In this document: one piece after another, positions 10,524 to 23,039 of the stretch
Numbering within the stretch: the first letter of the stretch is position 1
Layout of the letters: the number at the start of each line of letters is the position of its first letter
From: Felis catus
Lineage: Eukaryota
NCBI RefSeq assembly: GCF_018350175.1
Contig: NC_058383.1
Coordinates: 3,348,001 to 3,412,000, forward strand
Length of the DNA: 64,000 bases
Direction of reading: 5' to 3'
The notes under the pieces: generated by a model
Seen by the model: the letters and a program-made list of their open reading frames with translations, nothing else
Database searches by the model: none
What the model was told of the DNA's origin: nothing
Program-made: the position numbers and the translations under genes

Positions 10524-13500
10524 TCGCAGAGAATTCTTGACTTAGGTTCAGTCAAACGCTGTCGCCTCCAGGCTCCTTAAAATACTGCTCCGTCTTCCTC
10601 ATTCAGTTTCACCAAGCATCTTCAGCCTGATTTGACCCTATTCTGGTTACCCAGAGACTGCCATCCTGGCTTCAGCCCCTTTCTCTGTCTCCCCGTGTGC
10701 AGGCTTATCAGGCATTTTACTGCTTATCGATGAGTTGTCTCACGGATTGAACAGAGACTAAGTCGAATTTTTAAATAAATAGATGGCATCCTCTTATCGG
10801 TAGCTTTGGGAGAGGTTTGGCAGAAGTGCCTGTTGTTTAATGATTTGCCATAATTGCTTTTGGATTTCGTATAAATTCTCTATAAGTCCGTTACTCACGC
10901 TGCCTCACAGAAAGCTGAGTACCCGTGCTGCTTTAAAACTACAGAAGACTGCTCAGTATGTGAAATGTGCTCGTAGTGTTCGTTTGTTTGAACTGATAGT
11001 TTGCACAGTCCAGATGTGCTGAGTAATCATCGACCCTCCACATTTTAAATAGGCCCACACTGACCAGCTTCTTTCTTAATGTATTTGAATAACCACATAA
11101 ATGGGATTAGGACTTTATTTTTTGTTCACCTGCCTTCCTGTCTCTGTGAATAGACTTCTTATGTTTCTTCCAGCAATACACTCCCCTCTCAGTAACACTT
11201 GTGATAATGTATTTATAAGTGTGTATCTTAAGAGGGATCTCAACTTTGTTTTTGTACACTTAATTCTTTATATACACGCCTTCCGCTTTATGTGTTCTGT
11301 CTCTGTCATCAACCTTAGATTTATTGTTCGTGTTGATTTTACGCCAAAATATAAATGAGATTGTGTTGACATTTTAAAAAACCTTGCTTCGTAGCAGATG
11401 GAGTAGAGAACCAGTTGGTTTAAATAGATAACCTTGGGTCATATCAGAAAATGTCTTGTTCTAGCTGAGTACTCTATTCTTGCACTGTGGGACTGACTTT
11501 ATTCATTTAATGGAAGCTAGGGCAGACAGGAAAAGAAATATTTTCTTCTCTTAAGATTTCCTGATTTGTTTGTACCTGTGTTGTGACACCCAAGGGTAAT
11601 TCTGATATAGCAACTTCCAACAAAAGAAAAGAGATAGGAAAACAGAAGGGGAAATACCTCTCCGGTTATGAGTTCTCATTCTTCATTCTCAAAGCACCCG
11701 TGTGCCCTGGCTCATTGTGTGGCCTTGTTTGCTGTGCACCTCATCAAGGACAGTGACCCACCAAACTCCCAGAGATGATAGATGAGAAAAAAGAGTGCAC
11801 ACCGTGAATGGGGGCGGGGGTAGGGGTGGTGGTGGAGGAAAACCAAGACTCGCACTCCTCCTGTCTTACCTGTGTGCCCCGATTGGATGTGGCACATTCT
11901 ACAGCCAGATCCTGAGCCTGACTCTTGACTCTGCTCAGGGTCAGGGCTCTCTAGTCTGGATGCGAAGGAGCCAATGAGGCCATGCCCAGGATCTGCCCTG
12001 GTGCACCGGGGACAGTCAGTGCCACCATGTTGGTAGAGGGACAGCCCTTGCCGGGCCCACCTAGAGATGGGGTAAGGTGAAGCCCCCACTCCTTCCTCCA
12101 GAAAGAAATGCTCCTTTATCCTGATATCAGGAAACAGAGTGCTGTTCTATTATTCCTGAACTTACTTAGGAAGGCATAGGGCTGGAGGACTCGATTGTCT
12201 GTCACTCACTGTTTATTGTTTGGGAACATTCAGATTTCGCAGTTGCTTTAAGATGGTTAGGATAGAAACCCTGCAGGATTTTCTGTTTCAGAGTCTGCCC
12301 TCCTCTAGGATGAAAGAAAGGAGAAATTGATGATCTAAAAACACAGCAGAGGAAAGGTGCATCGATATATTTGTGTCGAACGTGGGGATACATAAGAAAA
12401 TGCCACATGGTTGATAAAATCTTTGTCCTGTGTATAACCACCTTTCAGAATTTTAGTTTTGTGAAACAACTAAATATGTAAACGAGAGATTTTACTTGGC
12501 TTTGGATTTCTAATTTGAGAAGCTCTGGTTTTAATTAAGATATCAGCCTTATAGGGAAAGATCAAAAGAGGGTCGTCTGTTGCCCCAGAGGTGCCCCTTC
12601 TGGTAAGGAAGAGACAAAGCCTCGAGAAACCCGTTTCTCCCAATGTTGGCCCTCAGCTCTACATGTTTTCACACGGCTGGGCAAGGACGTAATATATGAA
12701 GCTTTCTATTTTGTGTTGTTCCGATCCAGCAAAGTCCTCAAAACGTAACAGCCCCAGGAGCGCTCACCAACGGCATAGCTTCCGGAGCTGGCTTCTTGAT
12801 AACCAGACTATGAATTTACCTGGAGCATCAATTGCCATAATTTCTAGCCTGTGAGTTGAACGGTAGTATCCGTAGCAAGGGAGAATACCTTCAATTTAGG
12901 CTGGTTTTTTAAAGATCCTTATTGTATTTTAAGGAGGAGGGCGCAGTTGTGATTTTCAAGATAAATACCACTGAACAGACTGCGACCCCTTTCTCTCTTA
13001 TCTCCTTTTTTCTTTCTTCCTTCTCTCATGTGCTCAAAGCATTTGTTAAGTTAATTTTCTGTTTTCTCCAGGGACTCAGGATTGAATTTCTCTGTTCTTG
13101 GTTTTATCTTTTAGAGACACTTTGCTAGTTACAGATTCTGTTTGTGAACCGCATGCTTTGTAAAGAACATCTGATTTTCAGCAGGACTTGAGCCTGGCAC
13201 ATAGCCACAGACACACCCCAGGAGCCGAGCTGTGCTACGCTCCAGACACGTGTCTGTGAAACTCATCCAGGGAAGAGACGTTGATATTTTAGGAACAGAT
13301 ATTGACATCTATGTGGAAAATGTGAAGTTAGGTTCCTTCAATTTGGCGACCGTCTAGTAGGCACTTACTGTTTGCCAGAGGCTGTGAGCATAAGGGGGTT
13401 TCTGAGCATCACGTGCCTTCAAGGAGTTTGCAGTGGACAGGGCACATCTGCTCATGTGAATGCCCTTGTCCGAAGGAGATAGGTTCCCATCGTCCTGTTC

Positions 13501-13859
13501 CCCCGGAAACGATGTGTGAGCCCGGGAACGAGTGCACTCATTTACTTCGATGTGGCCCCAGGAGGTACAGGTAGAGGGGTGTGTGAAGGAGACGGGGTGG
13601 GGAGAAAGATGCCACTACGGGGATATCGGGGAGCCCATCGCCTCTGGGAGCACCTGTCCTCGGTACCCAGGAGTCCTCGGGAGGCTGATGAAAAGCCACT
13701 TTCATGCCACTTATGTTTTAGTGGTGGGGAACAGCTTCCAGGGACATTAATTTGCTGGCATCCTGGCCTGTCTATCCGCCTCGCCCTTGTAGGCCAGTGT
13801 AGTGGAAAGCCCTGACAGGTTATTGTTTTTCCCTTTTGTAATGCAAGTGGCTGACTTCA

Positions 13860-14402
13860 GCTGTGATGCCCAGGCACCAGTTCAGAGATGGCTATCTTGG
13901 AATAAACACAGGCCCACCTTGCGGAGCTGGATAAAGAGCCCGCTGCCTCCCACATGGAGTCTCCTTTATTTCAGAGCTCCGAGTTGATCTTGATAACTGA
14001 CCACCTGGGCCACTTTAAATTCCTGCTTTTATGTCTTAAATTCACCAATAAGGAGTGAGTCTGCAAAACCCAGGCCCCCACCGTCAACCCCAATAAAAGC
14101 AGAAACCCCGGCAGTGCTCTCTCTCTCTCCCTCCGTACCTGAGGCCGCCCCGTGTGACCCCAGGTATGCTGTGTAATTCCCAAGCCTGTGAAGATTAAGC
14201 GTGCATTTTTTCAAAGTTTCCCGATGGACACTAGAAGACACTAGAAGGTGTCTTCCACTTGTCATGAGGACCACAACAGCCGGCCCTGTCATTACCCTGG
14301 TTATTGACAGGCTGAGACCAGCATGAACGACCAACCACTGCCCTGACCAGAGAACGACCTCAGGTGGGACCCCCCCCCGGGCCCCCCCCCCCCCGTCAGG
14401 CA
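13860..14402 (+). mobile_element. Probable solo ERV LTR (carnivore CarLTR-like)
   Basis: CCAAT (14045) followed by AATAAAA (14092), a CT-rich R-like segment and tcaaagtttcccgatgg, resembling recalled carnivore LTRs. Termini and TSD not resolved. Confidence 0.55.
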
Positions 14403-14509
14403 CTGGCAGGAAGCCCTGGGTTCACACATGAGGGGTGAGTGACAGAGGCTATGGGCAGGACATGGGCGGCAACCGCTTCCAGTCATTTTAACAGATGTAG
14501 AAAGTGTAC

Positions 14510-15593
14510 CACACGCCTTACCCCATGTACAGCATATTCGAATTCAAAACGATCAAAGAGGGGCGCCTGGGTGGCTCAGTCGGTTAAGCGTCCGGCTTCG
14601 GCTCAGGTCATGATCTCACGGTCCGTGAGTTCGAGCCCCACGTCAGGCTCTGTGCTGACAGCTCAGAGCCTGGAGCCTGTTTCAGATTCTGTGTCTCCCT
14701 CTCTCTGACCCTCCCCCGTCCATGCTCTGTCTCTCTCTGTCTCAAAAATAAATAAACGTTAAAAAAAAAATTAAAAAAAAAAACAAAACAAAACGATCAA
14801 AGACCTAACACTGTAAAACCCTTGGAAGAAAACACAGGGGGAAAGCTTCACGACATTGGATTTGGCAATGACTTCTTGGCTATGACACCAGAAGCACACG
14901 CAACCAAAGGAAAATAGACAAATTGGACTCCATCGAAATGAAACATTTCTGCATCACAGCACACCGCCAACAGAGTAAAAAGGCAACCCACGAAATAGGG
15001 AAAAAGTGTTTGCAAATCATATGTCTGATAAGGGATTAATATCCAGAATATATAAAGAACTCCTACAATTCAACAAGCAACCAAGTACACACACAAGCAA
15101 CCTGATCTAAGAAACCGAGCAAAGGGCTTGAATAGACATTTTCCACACATGACGTTTAGACGGCCACAAGGCACATGGAAAGATGATCAACTCGCTCATC
15201 ATCTGGATAAACAAAATGTGGTCCCTGCAGACAGCAGAATATTATCCAGCCTCAAACAGGAAGGACATTTTGACAAATGTTACAGCATGTGTGAGCCTTG
15301 AAGATACTGTACGAGGTAACATAAACCAGTCACAAAAGGGGTAAAAACTGTATGGTTCCATTTATATGAGATACCTAGAGTAAAACTGGAGATAAAGAGT
15401 AGATGATGGTGCCAGGGGCTGGGGCTGTTGGGAGCAGGGGTAGTGTTAAATGGGGACAGAGTTTCCATTTGGGAAGGTGAGAAAGTTCCACGGATGGACG
15501 GTGGGGGTGGTTACAAAACAACGTGAATTAATGCACTTAAAACTGGTAACTTTCATGTTCTGTAGATGTAACCACAATAATAATTTTTTAAAA
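14510..15593 (+). mobile_element. L1MB-like fragment (ORF2 end and 3' UTR), interrupted by a SINE
   Basis: ggaagaaaacacagggggaaagcttcacgacattggatttggcaatgacttcttg (ORF2 end) and gggacagagtttccatttgggaaggtgagaaagttcc...accacaataa (L1MB-type 3' end). Confidence 0.85.
14560..14788 (+). mobile_element. Felid Can-SINE (SINEC_Fc-type), full length
   Basis: ggggcgcctgggtggctcagtcggttaagcg head, B box gttcgagcc, CT tract, A tail; perfect 15-bp TSD caaaacgatcaaaga (14545-14559 and 14789-14803). Confidence 0.97.
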
Positions 15594-16250
15594 CGTCCAC
15601 CACATGTACAAAGAGGGCAGATCATCGTAACCGAGGGCCTTGGAAACTTTCATGGAGGAAGTAGTCCCAGGCCTGGATGCGTGGGTGGGATTCAGGAGGA
15701 AGCAGTGCGGAGGGGGGCAGGGGGTAGGAATAGAGAAAGTTGTCACAAGTGGGGGCATTCGGGTCCGAGGGGGACAGCCGGGATGCATCAGAGTGCCGCG
15801 TAGTCCGGTGCGATTGAAGCTCAGGAATATCGAGCCGTGGAAGAGACGCTATGACAGAGGCGACCGTGGTCACCTGGGACCTGGTCTCGGCTGGCATGTC
15901 AAGGAGGCTCTCTGGGGAGTGGCCAGGGGCTCCAGAACAGGATGGTTCTCAGTGAGACCGCTCTCATGATCTGAAGGTGGTTACTCCTCGTTCTGTGACA
16001 TCCGGAGTTCCCCCATAGACACAGGAAGGACAGACTTGTCCCAAGGCCTTCACTCTGTGTTAACTCAAGAGGCACCGGCTGAGCACCTGATGAAGCATCA
16101 GGCACTGTCCGAGGCCTGGGAGTGTAGCCAGAACAGAGCAAATGCAAACGCCCATGCTCCCGGTCTTGTGGACTCGTGCAGAGACACAGACACAAACAAA
16201 ACTAACAAGCCCAGCAAGCGGCACGTCAGATGGTGTTAAGAGTCAGGGGA

Positions 16251-16470
16251 GGGGCGCCTGGGTGGCTCAGTCGGTTGAGCGTCCGGCTTCGGCTCAGGTC
16301 ATGATCTCACAGTTTGTGAGCTCGAGTCCCGCGTCGAGCTCTGGGCCGACAGCTCAGAGCCTGGAGCCTGTTTCGGGTTCTGTGTCTCCCTCTCTCTCTG
16401 CCCCTCCCCTGCTCGTGCTCTGTCTCTCTCTCTCTCAAAAATAAATAAAACATTATTTTTTTTTTTTTTA
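16251..16470 (+). mobile_element. Felid Can-SINE, full length
   Basis: Canonical head and body; tail aaaataaataaaacatta(T)14; degenerate TSD (agtcagggga / agtaagggga). Confidence 0.96.
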
Positions 16471-17982
16471 AGTAAGGGGAAAAGCAGAGCAGGGCGGAGG
16501 GTGGGCCCTGTTGCGGAGCCCCCCCTGGCTTGCAGAGGCAGGGGTCACCAGTCGCCGTAGCTTGTGTCTTCACAATGATGGCTTGATGGCCATTAAGAAA
16601 AATCAAATGTGGTTCTTATCCCTCCCTTACAGTTTACTAAATGTACCAACCGCTAAATATTTTGTGTCTCTCATTTGAACTTGGAGGAGAACTCTTTTCC
16701 AGAGAGCTCTTCAAGCTTGGGGTTGAAGGAGGATCAGGCCTTCAGGGTCCCCTGCCAAGAGGTCCTGCCTTTTCCCATTGTCCTGGCTTAATGGCCTCAG
16801 ATGGGTGTCACTTGCCCTGGTGGGCTTGGGCTCATGCCCAGACTTGCATGTTTGGCAAATTTATTCAAGGGAATTTCTTAATTAAAACTAAAAGTGATCT
16901 GTTATTGTTCCTCATCACAGTCTCAATAATTTGAGAATGCCATTCAGAATAGTGACGTCAACTCATGAAAAATCCCTCATCTTACCACCCCCCCCACCCC
17001 GGCCCGCCCAAACCGCCTGTAGTCCAGCTTTTCTGTCGGTGATGGCTTTTCTGTCATTACCTGGTAGATTATGCTCACATGTGTTTAAATAAAAAGATCT
17101 GGTGCGATCTGGATCACTCCAGTCCCCAGTCACGCAGTTCCTAAATCCTGCCTTGTGTTTACCCACTTGTGCGCATCCCCAAATAAATAGAGAAATAGGC
17201 CCGCTGTGCCATAGTCTCTGTCACCTTCATTTTCCTCCACCCAGTAAAAAGCTGATGAAAATACGCACCGTGGTACGGTCCGTGCATTTCCGAATGTGCG
17301 TGTTTTCAAATATATCATAAACGAGAAGAAAAGAAACTGCTAGATTGTTTGTCAAACTGTCATATTATTTTATTTATCGTCTCTTGTCAATAGACGGGCC
17401 CAGAAGCGTACTGAGATAAAAACGGAAGGACACACAAAGATAAACTTGTAAATGGGATAGACTGCTGTATTTCCTCCCATTTTCTCTCCCTCCTACCGCT
17501 GGACAGTAAACAGGAATTGGGTCAGCTGGCACCCCGTCCTCGCAAGGGAACCGCGAGAGCGTTTGCGATCGGGTTTGCCCCAGTGCTCGCCCCCAGCCCC
17601 GCACGCCCGCCTCCGTCTCGCTGCACCACCTTGACGCCCACGCGGCCCCTGACCGGGCTCCGGCTGACGGGACCGGGGACGCAGCGTCGAAAAGAAAAGG
17701 AAAGGAAAGTGTCCTTAGACACCTCCACACACAACAGATTAGTAACCCAGAAATTAAATTCAGGAGGTGACTACAAATGAAAACACGAACTTGGGGGTAG
17801 GCAAGAGGTGGGAGGAACCTTCTGCTCGGTGAATTTTTTTTCTGTCAGGAGACATGGCGTGCTGTTTATTTCACTTGTCACAGTGGCCCAAGTTCTGCCG
17901 CGAGAAAATCACCTCACGACGTCCTCGGGAATGACCCGGTCTGCCTGCCGCTGGCATACCTTTCACTGTAGCACATTTTAAT

Positions 17983-18193
17983 TTTTTTTTTTCAACGTTT
18001 ATTTATCTTTGGGACAGAGAGAGACAGAGCATGAACGGGCGAGGGGCAGAGAGAGGGAGACACAGAATCTGAAACAGGCTCCAGGCTCCGAGCCATCAGC
18101 CCAGAGCCCGACGCGGGGCTCGAACTCACGGACCGCGAGACCGTGACCTGGCTGAAGTCGGACGCTTAACCGACTGCGCCACCCAGGCGCCCC
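17983..18193 (-). mobile_element. Young felid Can-SINE (SINEC_Fc), antisense to SDK1
   Basis: Reverse complement reads ggggcgcctgggtggcgcagtcggttaagcgtccgacttcagccaggtc..., CpGs intact; flanked by identical tcactgtagcacattttaat (17963-17982 and 18194-18213). Confidence 0.97.
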
Positions 18194-19229
18194 TCACTGT
18201 AGCACATTTTAATGAAACAAATAATAATCTTGATTTCTAGGAGTTCTTGCAAATGCACATAAATCGTAGAGAGAGACTTGGGGGTCTGTCAGTCTCTTAA
18301 AAATATGTACCCCGGGGGTTCAGCATGGCAGGGTTCGCGCTGTTGAGAGGCTGGCTCCCCGTGGTGGCCAGAGGTCAGACACACCTGTTGAGACGCTCTT
18401 GCAGGCAGGCACTAATCCCTTTGCGGAGCGATTTTGATAATGCGGAGAAAGATGACAGTCGCCAAGGGGTTGCAAAAGCAATTGATAAACTGAGAAGCCA
18501 CCTGATTTTCTTGAAGTGGAATATATTGGAGTGCTTTCCACCCATCCCCCAGAGGAGCACCAACATCCCTTGCTATGCATGGGAGAAGGTCAAGAATCAT
18601 GAAAGACTGACTAATTAAATTACGCTTTTTTCTGTCAGAAAGCAGGTTGGGGATGTCCCGCGCCAGCCTGTTTGCAGAAACCGAGCTGCAGAACTGAACA
18701 AAAGAGCCCCCCAGCTCCACGGTGTTGTGCTGTGTTGTGCTTACGGTGAAGCCCTGGTCGGCGGAGGGCGGGGTTTTCGCCCGTATGTAGCCCTGCATTC
18801 CTTAGCAGCTGTCCCCCAAGGTACAAAGATCCGTCTTCAAAAACTGAGAAGTAGCCTTGATTTTACACGTGGGATTTCCTGTCCACTTGGAAGAACCCAT
18901 AGCCTGAGCTCTAATTTCCTTCGTGTGGTAAAATCTCCTCTTTCTTCCCCTCTCTGACCCCTTGCTGTCCCTTGTGGACCTCTGTGCCCGCCCTCCACAG
19001 GCTTTTGTCCCGGGCCTGCTCTCTGCCCTTCCTACTCTCACAGAGACGTCTTCTCATCAGAGTTTCGGTCACCGTCTGCGAGCCGAGCGACCGATGCCCT
19101 CTGCACCTGCCCCCCTACACGCCCCACGGGCACCTGAGGGGAGTACGGCCCCTCGTGCTCTTCCACCCTAACATGCCAACGTCATCACCCCCAGTCCTGC
19201 TCTCTCTTCCGTGTTTTCACCCCTGAGTC

Positions 19230-19830
19230 GCCGTGCCGTCCATCCGAACCACTCAGGCCAGCAACTGGGAGCACTTCATATAAACCAGCCGCCCAAGGCC
19301 CCTCTGTTCTCTCTCCCTCCTCCCTTTGGCCTCCCACCATCCCTTACTCGTCTCAACCCCTCCTCTGGGTCCTTCAGTGACTCCGTTCCTCACTGGATCA
19401 AGTCCCCAGCACCAAGCAGGGCCATGGCCTTCACCTCCGGGTCCGTCCCTGCCACACCCAGACCCACTCACCCTCCAGAGCAACTCGTACCTTTCCAAAA
19501 CAGTCTGGACTGCCTTCTGCCTTCTTTGTCTTCCGTTCCTGAAATGCCTTTCTTTCCTCCTCTATCTGCTGATTGCCTGTCCATCTTTCAAGGACATGAC
19601 TCAGGCTTTCCTAATTCCCCTGGCAGAATTAACTCACCGGCTCACACCCACCGTGTGCCGCTGTCCCCCTCCCTGCACCTCTCCTACCCCAGACAACCCA
19701 GTAGGACTTGCTCTGTTAACGGGACATCTTCCTCCACTAAACCCACAGCCCCTTGAGGACACTGACCTCGTGCAGTTAAAACTGAATCCCCAGCGCCGTG
19801 CCTGGCCGTAGCGGGCCTGAAATAAGAGAT
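19230..19830 (+). mobile_element. L2 fragment
   Basis: Pyrimidine-rich degenerate L2 body ending atccccagcgccgtgcctggc...aataa; boundaries approximate. Confidence 0.45.
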
Positions 19831-22189
19831 TATCAGTGTTGCTCCTGCCCTGTGGTGGTAATCCTCTGCTAACAGTAGCCAACCTGTTCTATTTGGGCGA
19901 GACGTAATTCTTCATTTAATGAGTACCTGCAGAAGGGCTGGTATGGCCAAGGCACTTCGTTCATACAAAGATGAATAACGCGTACGTCCCTCCTTATTCC
20001 AGAAGGCGGGCAGACCTACGCGCACATCTGATGTTGCGGTGAGATGAGAGCCACGTGGTAAAGGAGCCAGGGTACTGACTGTGCTGGCTCGGGCCGGGGG
20101 GGTCAGGGTGGGGGGCGGTTCCCTGTTGTTGCGTCCGGATAGCCGGCTGCCTGCGTGTTAAAGCATTTCTGTAACCGCCGTGTCATCTGCACACCACAGC
20201 CCATACGTGTTGCTGTTGTTATTGGCGTTGAACAAAGAAGACCAGGGAACGTGCCGCTCGGCACGGGGAGCCTTCGTTGTCTTTTACTCCGGTTTTGTTT
20301 TCGACCCCGTTTTCTCTTTTGTTCCTCCAAATTTGGGGCCAGCTCTTTTTGGAGCAGGGAGATTCTGAGGTTTCGAGCCATCCTGTAGACTCCCATTACC
20401 TGCTGGCTCCTTGGTGGGAGCTGTCTTTACAAAAATCAAAACCCCATTGCTGGAGACACATGAGGAGTTGAAGAGCCAGACAGTCTTTCTATCCTTGGGC
20501 TGTGCGACAGCTATCACACCAGTTTCTCCTCTGACACAGGCACTCCTCCCGGAAAACGTCTGCTCTTGTGTGAGAAGGACGTTCGGTTTGCTCATTTCGT
20601 ACATGTTCACATGAAGTCATGCACGGGTTTCATATCTCAGGGCAGATGTGACTCGGCACCTTTTGGTTGAGGGCAGCATTTGTGGCTCATTATTTTGTGG
20701 TGTGGCCCCGGGAGGCACATGGGCTGTGCAGGTAGTGGACCGACGACCTTTGAGCCGGCTGCTGCAAAGATTTCCTGAGGCCTATTTGCCACGAACATCC
20801 TCTGTGAATCAGGAAATTCAAGACTGTGGTGCTAACAGAGAAGAACCAAAATGCAGGATTCGCTTTCTCAGATGTCCTGGAAAATTCCACTTCTTTAAGG
20901 GCACAGGCTCTTTTTGGAAAGAAGTCTACATTTTTAATGAGATGTTGATATCTGTGTAAGGAGGGCGCAGGGAAATGTCTGAGTGCTCGCAGCCCTTAGC
21001 GCGGGCTCTGCCTCCGGGCTACGAATGTGAATGGAGCCGCAACCTTCTCAAGGCTTCAAGGAGGTTTCGCACATTCATCCACACGTCCTTGGTGAGAAGC
21101 CAGGACATCAGCCCGAGCACCTCCAGGGCACCTGTGGAGAGGTCAGTGCTGGCGGAAGAGATGGGTGGAGCCCTGGGGCAGAGGAGGGGGTGACGGCTTT
21201 GTTCCCAATTCCCAGGACTAATAAGGAGCCCCCGCGTTAATAAGGAACCCCCCGTGTTCATGCAGCGCCTTCTGTGAGCCGGGCACCACATGTGCGCACA
21301 CACCTACGGGCATACACACACATGCACACCCACATTCGTACACATGCAGGCCCCCACTTATAACGGCCTCGTGATGTGCTCACGGTTTTACAAATGAAAA
21401 AGGTAGGGCTCGGAGAAGTTAGGTGACTTGTTCCGAAACATTTGGGAGCCGTGGTGGTATTTCCAGGTTGACTGGGCTCGAAACTGTCCTCATCAGGACT
21501 GCGCCTCTCAGCTGCCGGGCACAGGGGAGCGTCAGCGGGGACGGTTGGGGGCAGGGAGAGAAGCTTGGAGCAGAAGGACCTGGGATAGGGGCCGGGGCGA
21601 GGGGAGCCTGATGGGGTCTGCTTCCAGGGACCGGGCAGGCACCTACTCACCATGCCCACGCATCCGGGTCGAACAGCGGAAGCGAGGGCTGGCAGTCAGC
21701 AGCAAGCGTGGGGTCACTGCGTGCCCTCAAGATGGGCTGTCCTCACAGAGAAACTTGGGGAGATAGGAAGTGGGGGAAGCGAGGTTTGGGGGGGCGGGCG
21801 CCGGGAGGGATGGAAGACCGGCGGCCCCAGAAGTGGGTGTGCGCAGAACGTCCCTGGTGTCTGAGGTGCGGGCCGGGTGCACGCCCTCAGGGGCCTCGTG
21901 TCCCCGGGCAGCCATCTGGACGCGGCGTCTGGACTCGCCCGCACGCTGCAGCGCTGGGCCCCGGGAAGACCATCCGGGCAGAAACGGCGACCCCAGTAAG
22001 GGAAAGTCTGTGCAGCCATCACGGCGCAACAGTAGTGGCTTTTCTGTCGCTTTTAAAAACTATGAAGGATTGTTCTTTCTTTCCGCCCGTACCAGTGACT
22101 AGGAGTGTGGCCTAGAACCAGTGACTCCCAGCTAGGGACACTTTTACCGCAGGGCGGATGTCTGGCAATACCAAGAGACCTCTGTTTTT

Positions 22190-22645
22190 CACGTTACATC
22201 CCGAGATCTTGTTTTTCTTATAGGTAAATATGTCGGTTTCGACCGCCTTTACCCATTTCCCCCACGCCTGCCTCTGGCAACCACCGATGTGTCCTGTGGC
22301 TGGGAGCTCCACTTTTGCAGATTCCACGTGTAAGCGCGATCGTACAATACTGTCTTTCTCTGCCTGCCTTATCTCCTCGGCACGATGCCCTCAAAGCTCA
22401 TCTATGTTGTAGCAAACGGCAGGATTTCCTTCTTTCTTTAATGGCTGACTTATACTCCGTAAATATACCACAGTGTCTTAATCTGTCTACAGATGGGCAC
22501 GTAATTTGTGTCCGTGTCTTGGCTGTTGTGAGCGTGGGGGCCCAGACACCTCTTTGAGATAGCTCTGTCGTTTCCTTTGGGTCTATACCCAGAAGTGGGA
22601 TTGCCAGATCCCGTGGTAGTTGTCGTTTAAGTTTTATTTGAGGAG
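22190..22645 (-). mobile_element. Old L1 3' fragment (L1MA/carnivore type)
   Basis: ctctggcaaccacc...agattccacgtgtaag...ggcaggatttccttc...ctatacccagaagtgggattgccagatc; the minus-strand ORF contains L1-like DLAIPLLGIDPKE. Confidence 0.85.
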
Positions 22646-23039
22646 TGGGCAGAGGTTCCCATCCTCCTTTAGAATATTGCCCACAGGCCTCCTCGATCTG
22701 ACCCCTCACCCCACACGTCTCCCCGTGCCCTCGGGGCTCCAGCCTGCACCCCCAGTAGCTCCTCTAACAACCCCCCCCACCTCCCGGGCAGTGGGTGCCT
22801 GCACCACCCTGCACCCAGGTGTCTTTACGCCAGTTTTCCTCCCCGCGCCCCACCACCACCGCTGCTGGGTCCCCTAACCCCGCGTCTCTCTCCTAGGACT
22901 TTCCCTCCCCCCTAAAGTGGCACAGCAGAGTGTTTGTCCCTTACCCCGCTTCATTCGCTGCCTTTCTACGGGTCAGTAGTTCAGGTGAACCTTCCTGTTG
23001 TTTGAGACATTTGATGTTCTTGAAGTGTACTTTTAATGC

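Noticed and set aside
9172..10580. Cluster of ORFs with L1 ORF2-like peptides
   Set aside because: Frameshifted remnants of a 5'-truncated L1; not an intact retrotransposon or host gene.
13050..13115. Two strong-looking splice acceptors (ttttctccag| at 13071 and tatcttttag| at 13114)
   Set aside because: No convincing downstream donor or SDK1-like coding frame; such pseudo-acceptors are common in long introns.
14560..14640. tRNA-like A and B boxes
   Set aside because: Head of a tRNA-derived Can-SINE followed by CT tract, A tail and TSD; not a tRNA gene. The same applies to the other SINE copies.
17520..17700. CpG-rich patch resembling a CpG-island promoter
   Set aside because: Short and not clearly above the CpG-rich background of the whole window; no associated exon.
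21219..21257. 19-20-bp two-copy direct repeat (taataaggagcccccgcgt)
   Set aside because: Simple local duplication with no spacers; not an array or CRISPR-like structure.
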